A DNA stretch of 64,000 nucleotides from the NCBI RefSeq assembly GCF_009914755.1, contig NC_060931.1. One strand, given 5' to 3'. Made by a program: the position numbers and the translations under genes. This stretch comes from the human T2T-CHM13v2.0 reference genome, Homo sapiens. Below the pieces are notes generated by a model. It ran no database searches. It saw nothing but the letters and a program-made list of their open reading frames with translations, and was not told where the DNA came from. Every line of letters begins with the position of its first letter. Within the stretch, counting starts at the first letter, position 1. Below, one piece after another: positions 28,891 to 43,255 of the stretch.

Positions 28891-31800
28891 GTTATATTCA
28901 CCTGAATCCCTGTTATGAGCTCTGGGCCAATGAAATTGGACCTAAAACAATGTGGAATCAGGTTATCATTCATGAGCCCCACGTACAGTCCATGGAACTG
29001 GGTAAGGGACAGGCATCGTGTTATTAATATTTTGACCATTAATCTGATTTCTCTTCTCCACTTTACAGACCCCTGTTCATGAACATACATGCACATGCAC
29101 ATGTGTGCACACACAAACTCTCTACACATAGAGGACTGTTCCTTTCTTGTCAACAGAAAAACCTTTGGTCGCATGCAGGCTAACTCATTTACTACTTCCT
29201 GCTGCTACATTTCTTGATCTGTTTTGGGGTACATCTCTTTTTCTTCCCTGAGTGTCAGTGACTACCGTCTGGGCTGATCATAAGGCTTTTGCTTCATCTT
29301 GTCAATAGTTTCTATGAAAAATAAAAGGTTTTTTTCCCTCAACACCCTTACAAGGCTGCCCAGTGTTCTACCATAGTTTCTCTGGGAAGGAGAGAAGTCA
29401 GACAGACATAAATGGTGATGATGTTTTATGGTTAGTAAAAGTGACAGTGAGTATAGATAAGAATCAACCTAGAAGTATGCGGTGAAGAGGATTTGGAATG
29501 AGGGCACTTTGAAGCAAGGGTAATACCATATAAAATAACAGATTCTTAGCTTGAGAAGGAAAGACTTGGATATTATCTAAGCTAAGATGAAGAATGTGTG
29601 CCCTTTGAGAGATGTTGCCTAGATTTCTTTCAATTGCCATATTCTAACTATACGAGGTGGAAAAGGCCCGATGCAGTTGAGTTCTGTCCAAGGACATAAA
29701 CTCAGTCAAGCTCTTATGAAAATGCAGTGATAAAAAGAGAAGAGTAAATAGCCTTTGGATGGAGCAATAACTCTTTTATTCTCCTTCCTTGGAATATTTA
29801 TTCTGTAATTATTTTTCTTTGGCATTGAGCTATAAGGATAGCTGTAAGCATATGTTTGTGATCTGGTGAAATTTGGGTGTAGATATAGAGAATTTATACA
29901 TCTATGTTATTTTTCTCTAGAGGGATTCAATTTTGCCCATAATAACATTCTGTTTCTTTCATCAATAAATTAATAAAATATTTCTGAACACATATATCTG
30001 CTAATTACAGGAATCTTCAAGGAAGGTTAGGAGGTGAAGTGGATTTTCTGATATTAGGGGCTCTCTATTCTGTAACATTATGATTATCTCAGGATTTACC
30101 GACAGGTTTTTAAGAAGAGGGGAAGCATAACTGGAAAAAACTAGCCTTTTTTGTTGTTTTCTCAACAACAATTATTATTGTTGGAAACAACATTAAACAA
30201 TTATTTTGGGGGGGGGAATTATACTAATCCTAATCATTGCTTTAATTTGCATGAGGGAGTAAATCTGGGAAGACCTACATGTGAGTTACTATCCTTTTAG
30301 GTTTTTGCTTTGAAGGTACCTGAATCAATTTATTTAAGTTTATCCTGGAAGTAGGTTAGCATAAAACAACTTTGGTTATTTGTGTATTGTTCCTCTATGA
30401 TCAGTTCTTTCAAAATATCTTTTTAAAAGATTTAACATGACCTGGCTAAGAATCAGAGGGGACCCAGATGCATTTCCCCAGGTAACACACCCTGCTCAGA
30501 AGTCGCCACAATTAGGGCATTGTGCATAGCAGAGACCATGGATTCTGGTGCACAAATATGCTCACAGAAGCACTGAATTGTCCTGGAAATGCAGACAAGA
30601 ACTTTGTGCCAGCAACTCCCCTAAGCTCTTCTTTGAAACTGACCTTATTAAGTTTCTGCTGGGGTAATTTGCTCTGGGGATCTCCTGAGTTACTTGAATG
30701 AATAAAATAAGCTGCCAGTCTTTGACCTGACTCTAATTAGTAGAGCATGATTCATGGGGGGTTAGCAGGGCTTCTGTTTCAGGCTACAAGGAAGCTTGAA
30801 TAGGGTTTACTCAATGCTATAGGCTTCTAGTTCCTTCTGGCCGAGCTATAGGCTACTTATCTGTTCCTGTTATCTCCTGTTTTCATTTGAAAACCCAAAA
30901 GTATGTTAACATAAATAAGAAAAAAATGACTAACATATCATTTTTCCCTCTCTCCCCAGGGAGTACATGTTGTGCCGGGGCAGGACTGGGTACAACTTCT
31001 TGCCAAACCTTAGGGCTTGTGGCTGGGTTGCTGTGTTTTCTCTTTGGATTTGACCCCAGCATCACACTTTCCAGGTTACACTATTCAGACTGGTGCCTGG
31101 ATTTATACAGGATATTTCTGAACCTCAGTCACTGATATAAGTTTAATTTATATTCTCAGAATGATCTTCTCACCCTATGCATGTCAATAGCTGTTGACAG
31201 GCACTTGTAGAGGCAGGTTCTCTTTGGATTCATACACAAAATCTGCAATTAGATTCAGCTAAAAGAAAATTAACTGATTAAAAAGAAAGAATAATTAATG
31301 ATAAAAATGTGCTTAGGAGAATGCTGATTATGAGTAAAATGATGAAACCATGTGTGAGTACATAGCCCTTGGGATGACATCCTCCTCAAGGACAGATGAG
31401 AGAGGATATGGCAGCCATGAGTGTCCATGCCCTCTAAAAGCTGAGCTTCCCTACAGTGCTCCCAGTGGAGACACCTGGAAGGCAGACCAGGTAGAGAGTC
31501 CAAGGTCAGGCAGGCTGCCCACTCTCAGCTCTTAGGTACCTGTTACATAGGAATATATGCTGCTTAGCAAGAACTTGCAGGAGCTGACCAAAAGTCACTG
31601 CAGATCCTGTAAACCTCTGCTTGAGCGCATAACTACAGGGTTGAGGCAAGAGCAGCATCTCTCCTCTCCTGACCTGCTCGCTGATAGAAGTCTAGAAACA
31701 CATCAAAATCAACCATGAAGCACAGAAGTTTGGGGAATGGGCCAGGCTGGCACTTACGTATTTATTGAAAGGGGGCTTAAATTAGGGGCAAAGAAAATAG

Positions 31801-32044
31801 TATCGCTACTGTTCTGATAATAGTCCTGATGAGTTTCAGGGGGTTATAGGAGAAAAGGGTATGAAGAAAAGAAGAAAGGCAAAGCAGTAAAGAGCAACAA
31901 ATAACTAAAATAGCACAACTGAGGTGCATGGGAGATGGTTATGCAGAGGCTCCTTCCTGTCAGAAGATGCAGGGTAGAGAGAAAGCTACGTAGCTCTGTC
32001 ATCTACACTTTTTGGATTTTTGGGAAACATTGACACAAAATTTA

Positions 32045-32674
32045 GTCCAATTAATAGGATATAAGAGGGTTTACTGTATGCCAGACACCATGTTTCATGT
32101 CCTCAAGGATAAGAAAATAAAAGAACAGTTCTGCCCTCTAGAGATATTGCACTTTGGCAAGGGAAATGACACACACAAGAAAGAATAATTCACACCCCAC
32201 TGAAGTAAGATTGAAAATAAAGATGCAAGAGGTTAACAGCATGGGAACAGGAGAGAAGACAGTCATGCTACCTATCTTAGGAAAAGCCTCGTGGAGCAGG
32301 CGTGAGTATAAAGAACAACCAGGATTTCAACAGACACAGATGAGGGGAATGGACTTTCAGACCAAGGAGAGAGCTTGAAGGGAATGAGGCAGGGAGCCTG
32401 GTCAGGCTGCTAATGTTTGGGAAAAAGTGACTCTCTCATGACCCTGGAGCTAAGGGGGAACAGTGAGTGGCAAGTCTGCGTGGAAAGGCTAGGCCAAGTT
32501 GTACAGGACCTATGTGAGGCAAGGAAGTTTGATTTTATCTTTCATGGAATGGGGAATACATTGACAGAAATTAAAGAAGTAATTGAAAAGGTTACAATTA
32601 TGCTTAAGGAAGATGGAGCTAGAAGTATTATATGGGATGGATTAGAGAAAGCAGAGACTGGAGATAGAGAACGT
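32045..32674 (-). mobile_element. L2 fragment
   Basis: Purine-rich antisense L2 (tactgtatgccagacaccatg...ggaagtttgattttatct...agactggaga). Confidence 0.7.
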
Positions 32675-33115
32675 TGTGAAGTAATTCCTTATTGTCTCTT
32701 GCATTTATGCATGTATTGCAAGCAGACACTGACTACCTTTGTTTTGAGCTATCTTTTTTATGGATTTTTTTAAGGTTAAAAACCTTGGAGCACAGAGAGT
32801 GTCTTTCTCTAGAGCAAAAACAGGTGAGCCTACTGTCTATTATGAAATATTCCATTTCCCTAAAGCTTAGAGGTTCCTCTTCTGTAAGGCAGCTCACTGT
32901 ATATGCAGGCATTCACCTGGGCCCGTCTTCAGTGCCTCTGTGGAATTTGGGGGTAAGAAAAACTGACACAAATATATTGCTTGCTATGCTGTAATAAAGT
33001 ACTTTATCTCTCACACAACAATCATGTGTCTCCTGCTGTAACTCATGAAACCATGGCAGGCTAACTTGATACCTGCAAAGTATTGTAAAATCTCAAACTC
33101 TTCATAGTTTTTGAT
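32675..33115 (+). mobile_element. LTR40-family (ERVL) LTR inserted in the L2
   Basis: gcagacactgactacctttgtt...catgaaaccatggcaggctaacttg...gtaaaatctca matches recalled LTR40; AATAAA at ~32993. Confidence 0.72.
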
Positions 33116-34349
33116 GGGTAGATACCCTTAAGAAACTATTTCAATAATCTTAACAGTAAAAGTTAATTTTAGGGAAGAGATAGAATATAGCTTTGTTTAT
33201 TTTTGTATTCAGAAACCTGACCTTCATATATGATCTATTTTATAATGTCGAGAAAACATTGTGTTATTACAAAGGTAATGTGGGCAACAGAAATCCTGAC
33301 TCAACCCTATCCATGATCATAATTCGCCTCTTACCCCTTGGAGTGAGTTTCACTCTCTAGAGTCTCAGAGAAGAAGTCTGACTCCAAGAGAAGTTGGGTT
33401 TCAGGGATTCCTGTCTTATATAGAGTACTTTTATACTTTGAGTTTGCTTTCAATGTGCCTAAATAAAACCATAAGTTCTGTCTCAAAATATCTTCTCTAT
33501 TGTAATTATCTGGGTGTTTATCCAGGAACCAAGCACATAGTAGATAATCAATGCATATTTAGAGTCAAGAAGGACAAATGAAATAAAATAATTGAGATTT
33601 AGAAATATAAGTAGCTAAGAAATTCTTGTCTTAATTATCTACCTCAACCCCAAAGATAGAGTCACATTTAAATTATTTATTATCTTTTTACGATACGACT
33701 AATGCTAGATATTTTTGGAAGTGCCTCTTCCACTTAGTATTTCTGCGACCCTGAATCTCAGTAGTCTTCCGTGAGGTGAGAGGTTGGGCTGGTTAATCTT
33801 TTAGATTCCTTCCAGCATTGGATTCCAAGAAGCCTAGTTCATTGAGCTGAGTGCTAATGTTATCTCCAAATTCTTTTTCACTTGAAAGGCATAACCAGAA
33901 AAGTTATTTTAGTTGGTGAGAAAGAAAGATGAGTATCTGAGTATGTGAATATGTTAAATAAAAATATCAGTTTTTTCTTGCCACTAATAGCCTTTTGCTC
34001 CTTTCATCACTTTGAAGCAAAGTTTAAATGAAAGTGTAGCAATGATTTAACTTTTGAGTAGGTTCATAGTATCTTTAATTTTTTCCAAAGATGGCAAAAA
34101 ATGAATTTGGATAAGGCATGAGGATGGTGATTTTTTATCAGCATTTAGAAACACCATCTCTGCATTGTAACCTTAGTCATTATTCTTATTATTTGCAACT
34201 AGTAATTAGCTTTCTGTTTGCTAGAAGTGTGAAAAATCAGATAGGAAAATTCTTTACCATTGGAAGGAATGGTTTATTAATTGTGATTGCACAGAAACAA
34301 AGCCATTTTATGGTGCTGTTTCTCCTGTCAAGTGTAAGGATGGGCATAT

Positions 34350-34505
34350 GGCTGGGTGAGTGCAATTGGTCACCATTGTGTTAAAGAGGCCAAGGTCAAA
34401 GGTTGAAATCCAATATGAGACAGTCAGCTCTGCTCTCATCTGCCCTGCCAACCACCTGACAAACAGGAACCTAAGTGGAAGTCAGACCCTGTGGATGGGA
34501 TGTCA
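34350..34505 (+). mobile_element. MamSINE1 (ancient tRNA-derived SINE)
   Basis: ggctgggtgagtgcaattggtc...gtgttaaagaggccaaggtcaaaggttgaaatcc...gacagtcagctctgctct follows the recalled MamSINE1 tRNA-like head. Confidence 0.65.
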
Positions 34506-36624
34506 GTTATGACTTCACACATGATGAATGGCAAAAAGGAGGTCACGAAGTCCACTCTGTTTTGTCTGCTTTGAGTTCATGACTTTTTTATATGCAAGTG
34601 CAATTTAATTCAACCAATGTTAATTGCTTTAATGTGCTACAACTGTGTGTTAGGTAAAGCGTTTATCTTGACAGTATAATATATACCTATTCTGGAGGAG
34701 CTTAGAGTCTCAAATGGAAAGAGAAACTCATGAATAGTGAATTAAATCAAATCAAAATAAACTACAAATAGTATAGAACAGTATGTGGCTAAATACCTAC
34801 AGTAGTATTTTACACTCACATTTTTTTCAAATAATTTTATTCAAACTATTCATATACGTGTTCAACACCAGTGATTTTATTTCTAGAGCAACTTTTTGAG
34901 TCAACCTATGTTTTTCTATAGCAAATTGTCTTCACTTCCAACTAAGCTCTTTGTTATATCAGCCTAAAAGTAAAATCTATGTTATGATTCTGTCCCTGGA
35001 AATGTTTCCCTGTGCAAGATTACCCATTTTTGTAACATTAGGACCTTAGGTCAGTTCTCGTCTTTCTCCCTTTTATTCTATCTGGGTACATATTTTATCT
35101 TTGCAATGCCGTCACTTACCATATTGCTTTTTAAAATGAACTTTAGAAAGTTGATTTTCAATAATATTCAGTACTTGGAAGAGTGAAATTATATTCTTAG
35201 GAATAATGATCAAAACTTTCTCTGTGTTTTAAAAACATTCGTATTTTAATCCATATTTATCTGACCCCACTCCCTTAACTTTTCTCCTTGTTCCTTCTCT
35301 TTATACATCTAAATCCTCTATTTGCCTGACTTACTCCACAGAAAGGTCTAAGACTTAACTAAGGCATGTACACTTATTTTTTACTTAACGACTTGGCTAT
35401 TTTGTCCTGAAAACAATGCTAATATGTGAAAAGTTGTGAAATTTTTAACAAAGTCGTTTTTTGTGAGTTGGAAAGATTACAATCCATTGTATCCCAATAC
35501 AAAATATTCTAGTAGTTTTTACAGGCTAAAACATTTTGCAATATAACAATAAAGTCAAGTTCATATAAACAAAACGTAAGTTTGCACGTAAAGGAATGCA
35601 GGTGGTTTATAAAATGAAATGCACTGAACATTTACTGTATGTACTAAATGATGAAGACAAAAGGTGGTGAGTGTTGGGGATGAAAGGGTTTGAGGGAAAA
35701 AGTCTTACTGTTTCCTTATTAATTCTTCAAACTTAATGAGGGTCATGTGTATCTTGAATTTAACTATACTTAAAAACAGTGTAGCACAGGACAATCACAT
35801 TTAGGGAAAATAAATGCTAAACACAAGAGTGCTTTGAAGGCTATGGAAAAAGCGAATGTGCACATTTTCTATGAAGAGCCATTGAAAATTCAAACGTTTC
35901 ATCCCACTCTCTTTACACACCCAGAGAAAAATGTTTTGAGTTCCTCTAAATATGGCACACAATTCATATTTGTTCCAAATGATAATCTCTGACTACAGAC
36001 TTGTATCTTGAGTAAACATGTGTATCTTTGCCTGAAATTATAATTTCAAACTATTATTTCTCGGAGCATATTTATTTAGTGTGTTTTTGGATGAAAAAAA
36101 TTATTATGAGAAAAAGGAATCTGAAAAGCAGTATGGCTTCTTAGGAGGTACTATTATGAAAATTTACTAACTGTTTAGTAGTCATGTGAGGTGAATCTTT
36201 ATTTCCAGTCCTAGACATCATCTTTGGACAGTTGGCCTTGGTGAGGTGCTGCTTTCCTTTATTCTCCTCTGTGTAGAGCTTTTCCATCTCTTTCAGCATT
36301 GATTTTAATGATCTTTTTAGTGTATTTCCCCTACTGTATTGTGAGATCTTTGAGTTGAAAGAACATGATATTTTTGCCTCTAACAGTTAACTCTGTACCT
36401 GGTCCAGAGTTCTTGATAAACAAAAGCATTAAGTCTCCTTGTTCACTTTAACTACCTGCCTCCAGTTGAAGGCAGGTTTCTGTGTTACTTGCTCAATAGA
36501 CTACTGGAAGTGGTTGCCTGTCTTAAGTTATCTCAATAGCAATCGATAGATCGTTTCATGTCTGAGAGAACATTTCTCTCTATCAAAGTTATGTCTGATA
36601 ACTTGGGTAGAAAAGTACTCCACT

Positions 36625-36925
<301 letters not shown>

Positions 36926-37909
36926 AGAAAAGTACTCTGCTGATCAACTTTTTATCCTTTTTAAAATTTGAATTTGCCTAAGTTTCAGCTGGAGTAGAAT
37001 GCTGGGTTTCTCTTTGTAGTGATCTGAGACTATTTGCTCTGGGTACCAGATGGTTTTCTGTTTCACTTGAAAATGAAAACATCTGACAGTCTTTGTTAGG
37101 CCATGTGTCAGAAATGTTATTCATGGGGAAAATCTTCCAAATGACATGCCTGTCTCTGAGGGCATTTGTCTGGAGTATGTGTTATGTCTTGCGATGCCTC
37201 AGGTTCACACATTAAAGGCACTGGTTCAATCATACATTATTGCAGGTCCATAGGCTCAATGCCAGAAATAAGTCACACTCTGGGAAACGAACATTTTCAC
37301 TCTTCTTCTGTGGGTTTTACAATGCACTTACAACCAATACAAGAGAAAAAACATCCCATTTTCTTTAAAAAAAAAAAAAACGATTCACCTTGCACTGATT
37401 TCTTTATGAACTGACAGTCAATAAGTTCTCTTAGAGACTTTATTATCAGCTAAGAAATTGTGCCTGGAAAAACATCCCAACTATCTTCTGACAGGCCTTG
37501 ATCCACACTCAGTAACCCCTCAAAACATCAGTTTTGCTATGACAATATGTTGATGTCTAGTGTAGAGACATCACTATCAACATGTGCCATACAGTATTTT
37601 TAATAATGAAAATGGGTTAAAAACACCGCTCTCTTTCTACCTTCTTGACAGCTGACAGTTATTAGAAAGATGAGTGTCTGGAGGTGGCATTCATGATCCT
37701 GGAACAGTTTGCCTCTTTACAGTTCTGCTAATATAAGCTTAGCTTCACTAGCACTGTGCCCAGCCCTTAGAGAAATGAACATTTGATGGGTCATCATTTC
37801 AATTTTAGCAAGAACACAAGGACATTTTTGGTGGAGGTAAGTGCAAATGGATACCTGTGCAAGGGGTTGTACTTCTGATTTGGACTTATTCCTGCATATC
37901 ATACAACAA

Positions 37910-38160
37910 AACAATGATGGTCAACATGTATTGATCATTTATGTATCAGGAGTTTTTCTAAGCAATGTAAGGATGTGGATCCATTCTAAAACAATTCTAT
38001 AGGGAACATACTTTATTATTATAATTGGCATTGTTCATATGAGGAAATTGATGCATAGAAAAATGAAATAAATTCGCTAAGATCCACACCTAGTAAGTAG
38101 TAAATAGGGATTTTCAGATTGCAGAGCCCACATTCTCAAAGCACTATACCACACTGCCTA
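37910..38160 (-). mobile_element. MIR SINE
   Basis: atatgaggaaattgatgcataga...cactataccacactgcct. Confidence 0.75.
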
Positions 38161-38832
38161 GCGGAATGATAATATCTCACTTGAAGAGTGAGATAGCTTA
38201 GTTTGTATTCTTTAGCATAGAAGGGTGCTATTTTCATAGGGAAAGCATGAACACATGCCTATCCCTTAAATATTTTTCTTTTCAGATGAATAAGTTGTAC
38301 ACATGTGAAGGCTAACAATATCTTTTTTGCAGCCAGTTAATCTAGCTAACTGAGTTAGCCAGTTAGTCTGGAGATTTAGATTAAAAAAAAAAACGTAAAT
38401 CGACAGCATGTTAACAATGGGCATAAAATGTCTCTTAATGTTTCTTCTTATAAAACTCAATCAACGTCAACTCATAATAAGACCTCTTAGGAAATTAGTA
38501 TAGAAACTTCTTTAACTCAATAAAGGGCAACTCTAAAGAATCTGTAAAAAAAAATACCATGCTAACTGGAGAGGAGATGAAAGCATTCTTTTAAAAAGTC
38601 AGGTAGAAAACGAAGATGTACAGAATTACCACTTATTCAGTCTTGCATTGAGTTTGTAGGCAGCCCAATAAAAAACAAGCAGGGAAGGATTGGAAAAGAA
38701 ATCAAACAAAATGAGATTTTTAGAAAAATACAAGAGTAGAACTATATGGCTGGATATAAGATCAATGAACAGCAATTAAAAAATAATTTAAAAAACAATT
38801 TTAAATAACAAATAGTAAAGAATATTATGTGC

Positions 38833-39201
38833 TGTTAACTGGCTGAACTATGTGTTTCCCCAAATTCTACCCCCATGAAGTTCTATACCCTGTACCTCAG
38901 AATGTGACTGCATTTGGAGATAGTCTTTAAAGAGGTAATTAAGGTTAAATGAGGTCATATGGATGAGCCTTAATTCAACATGACTGGTGTTTTTATAAGA
39001 GAAGAAGATTAAGACACAGAGATGCAAAGAGGAAAGACTATGTGAAGACAAAGGGAGAAGATGACTGTCACAAGCCGAGGAGTGAGGCCTTGGAATGAAA
39101 CCGGCTTGGCTGACACCTTGATCTCAGAGGAAATAAATTTTTGTTGTTTAAGCCACCTGTTCTCTGGTACTTTGCTATGGCAGACCTAGAAAACTAATAC
39201 A
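38833..39201 (+). mobile_element. MLT1B-type solo LTR
   Basis: gtacctcagaatgtgactgcatttggagatag...aaactaataca; near-TSD tgtgc/ggtgc. Confidence 0.85.
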
Positions 39202-39242
39202 GGTGCCTAGTAGTAAATCTAACAAACAATGCATTCATGCAA

Positions 39243-39708
39243 TTTTTTTTTTATACGTTAAGTTCTAGGCTACATGTGCACAATGTGCAGGTTTGTTACA
39301 TAGTTATGCATGTGCCATGTTGGTTTGCTGCACCCATCAACTCGTCATTTACATTAGGTATTTTTCCTAATGTTATCCCTCCACCAGCCCCACCCCGCAC
39401 CCCCTGACAGGCCCCAGTGTGTGATGTTCCCCGCCCTGTGTCCATGTGTTCCCATTGTTCAACTCCCACCTATGAGTGAGAACATGAGGTGTTTGGTTTT
39501 CTGTCCTGTGATAGTTTGCTTAGAATGATGGTTTCCAGCTTCATCCATGTCCCTGCAAGGGACATGAACTCGTCCTTTTTTATGGCTGCATAGTATTCCA
39601 TGATGTATATTTGCCATGTTTCTTAATCCAGTCTATCATTGATGGACATTTGGGTTGGTTCCAAGTCTTTGCTATTGTGAATAGTGCCACAATAAACATG
39701 TGTGTGCA
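39243..39708 (-). mobile_element. Short 5'-truncated L1PA7/8-like 3' end
   Basis: Antisense L1PA 3' UTR; approximate TSD cattcatgcaatttttt / catacatgcaagttttt. Confidence 0.9.
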
Positions 39709-39876
39709 ACATACATGCAAGTTTTTGAAAAATATTAAATTACTTCTAAGTAAGTTATGATTCCTCATCATGGAATAGGTAGGCTTAATATCAATGATCA
39801 ATATCCCCTAAACATCATTCTCTCTAAATAATTTAGATATTTGGTATAACTCCAATAAGAATCCTAATAAAATTGA

Positions 39877-40645
39877 TCAGGGAAATGCAAATCAAAACCA
39901 CAATGTGATATCACCTTACTCCTGCAAGAATGGCCATAATCAAACAAACAATCAAAAAACTGTAGATGTTGGCATGGATGCAGTGATAGGGGAACACTTC
40001 TACACTGCTGGTAAATGTCAACTAGTACAGCCACTGTGGAAAACAGTGTGGAGATTCCTTAAAGAACTAAAAGTAGAACTACCATTTGATCCAGCAATCC
40101 CACTACTTGGTATCTACCCAGAGGAAAAGTAGTCATTATACAAAAATGATACTTGCACACATGTGTTTATAGCAGCACAATTTGCAATTGCAAGATCATG
40201 GAACCAACCCAAATGCCCATCAATCAACGAGTGGATAAAGAAACTATATATATATGTATGTATATATATACACCCACACACAATTAAATACTATTCAGCC
40301 ATAAAAATGAATGAATTAATGGCATTTGCAGCAACCTGGATGAGATTGGAGACTATTATTCTAAGTGAAGTAACTCAGGAATGGAAAACCAAACATTGTA
40401 TGTTCTCACTGATATGGGGGAGCTAAGCTATGAAGACACAAAGGCATTAGAATCATACCATGGACTTTGGAGACTTGGGAGGAAGCATGGGAGGGGGACG
40501 TGGGATAAAAGACTACAAATAGGGTGCAGTGTATATTGCTCAGGTGATGGGTGCACCAAAATCTCACAAATCATCTCTAAAGAACTTACTCATGTAGCCA
40601 AACACTACCTGTACCCCAATAACTTATAGAAAAATAAATAGAAAA
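39877..40645 (+). mobile_element. L1PB1 3' fragment
   Basis: caccttactcctgcaagaatggccataatc and gggataaaagactacaaatagggtgcagtgtat are L1PB1-type; AATAAA at 40633. Confidence 0.9.
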
Positions 40646-40875
40646 GATCAGCACCAGTTTTAACAAAATATCCCTTTTGAACGAGAAATCATTACTGTCT
40701 TATGCCCTTAGGTGGACCTAAATATTCTTTCTATTGCTCACTGCTCCACAAGCCATGAATACTTAATAAACAGTAACTGTCAGCAAGCAATGTCACAAAT
40801 GCTATAGAAAGAAAATGCATAAATAATTTTATCATTTCCAAAGTAGGTTACAACTTACAAAGAAACAACAACAAA
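40646..40875 (+). other. Putative L1 3'-transduced flanking sequence with second A-rich tail
   Basis: Lies inside the 20-bp TSD aagaatcctaat(a/c)aaattga (39857-39876; 40876-40895). Confidence 0.75.
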
Positions 40876-41819
40876 AAGAATCCTAATCAAATTGAGAAAG
40901 TTGAGAAGCTCAATTAATTGATTTAAAAATATAGTCTAAAGAGTAAAGGACCAAAAGTAGTCTGAATATTTGGTGAGAAGAAGAAGAAAGATTACAGACT
41001 TCTCCTGATGGATATGATGAGTTCTTATAATACTATAGTAGTTAAGATAGTATGGAATTAGTGAAACGGTTAAGAAACCGGCCAGTTTTTAAGAAACAGA
41101 ACTACATATAAATGAAATTCTGATATATGACAGAAATAGCATAAAATTACTTGGGAAAGGAGGAGAAGTTCAATAAATGGAGCTGGAAAAATTGGTCATT
41201 CAAATGGAAAAAATGAATTTGGATCATTGTCTCGGATCAATCAAAATCTAAACACAAGATACATTATAAATTTGAGTATCAATACAACACTTCAATGCTT
41301 TTAGAATAAAAACAATAAAATGTCCTCATAACCTATAGATAGGGGGTGCTTTCTTAAATAAGGCATAAAAATCTCTAGCCATAGAAGAAAAAAGATTGAT
41401 AAATTTAACCATAATAAAATCAAGAAATGTATTTAAACAGGCAACACTTTAAGTGAAGGAAAAAGAGAAGCCGCAACTTGGGAATAGACCTTTACAACAT
41501 GTACAATCACCAAAGGATTGGCATCAATAATATATATATATATAAACCTCTAACAAATCGACAAGAAAAAGGTACACAATAAAACAGAAAAATATGTAAG
41601 TTATGAAAAGGATTTTCACCAAAGAAGAAAAAATAACCAATAAATATACTAAAAGAGTGTTAGTCTCACTACTCATCAGTGAAGTAAAAATAAAAATCAT
41701 AGTGAGATGGCATTTAACAACTCTTTCAATTACCAGAAATTAAGAAAGTTTAAAATTAAGAAATTATCAAGTGTTGGAGAAGTTGAACATCAATGAAGAC
41801 CTTTTTATTTTTTGCATTA

Positions 41820-42189
<370 letters not shown>

Positions 42190-42893
42190 TTAATACTTTA
42201 CCTAGAGGTTTCAATCCTAGATACATTTCATGAGAAACCAAGGAGACAAAATGTTCTTAGCATCTATATTCACGATAACAAACACTAGAAACAACCCAAA
42301 TACTCATAAACAGAAGAATCATAATTATATTTTACTGCATTCACACAATGAAATATTACACAGCAACATGATTAAACACAGTAGAAAATGATTGATCTAT
42401 TTTTCTACATGTGGGAAATCCCGAATGAATTTCAGTAACTCGATGATAGAAAAAAATAGTGTCTTCAAAGACTTATACAGTAAGCTATGCTTTCAAAACA
42501 AATAAAAACTAGGTTTTAAAGCTGTACCTTTAGCTAGCAGTATAGTGCTCCTTAACTTTGCTTCATGCTCTGTGGATTTTTTCCCATTTGGGAACTTACA
42601 TAATGAGGTAGGTAAAAGGCAAAATTTGGAATTTGGTAATCATGTCTTGCCAAAATAATGCTCAGTTTACAAATATCTGTTGGTATCATGTTCTGATCTG
42701 ATTTACAGGATTATCACCCAATTTCCAAAACACATAGTTAGCTGATTCTGCCTTCAGTCCTTTCTTGGTAATATTTTACTCTCTTTCATTCATTACCTTA
42801 CAGTTCAGTAATTTCTGTCTGTCTGTCCTTTCTTCTAACTCATTCTCCATCTTCGGATGGTGATGGAAGTGGGAAATATTAGTGGTAGTAGTA

Positions 42894-42952
42894 TTTTGTA
42901 TCTTCAAACAATACCTAACAATTTTTTTGTATCTTCAAGCAATATCTAACAA
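42894..42952. repeat. Tandem duplication, ~31-bp period
   Basis: ttttgtatcttcaa(a/g)caata(c/t)ctaacaa occurs twice. Confidence 0.9.
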
Positions 42953-43054
42953 AATTATTTCCATGCAGCACTGCAAAACAAATAATTGTTGTAAGAATCT
43001 ATTCATCAATTATCTGAAATCTGAATTTTCAACTTTAAATAGAACTATTTTGTG

Positions 43055-43255
43055 ATAATAGCTACCATTTAGTGAAAAATAATGTATAGCTACTTTTCAC
43101 CTATTATTAATAATTCTCATATTAATGATGAAGAGTAGGTATTAATTTTACCATCTTACAGAGGAAGAAATTGAGGTAAGACTTCCTTGCCAAAGGTCAC
43201 ATAGTAAGTAAATAAAACAGCTTTCCTTGACTCTATACACTGTTATGCTTTCTGT
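43055..43255 (-). mobile_element. MIR SINE
   Basis: ccatcttacagaggaagaaattgagg...ttgccaaaggtcacatagtaagta. Confidence 0.75.

Noticed and set aside
34350-34425. tRNA gene
   Set aside because: The A/B boxes are degenerate and there is no cloverleaf; it is explained as a MamSINE1 head.
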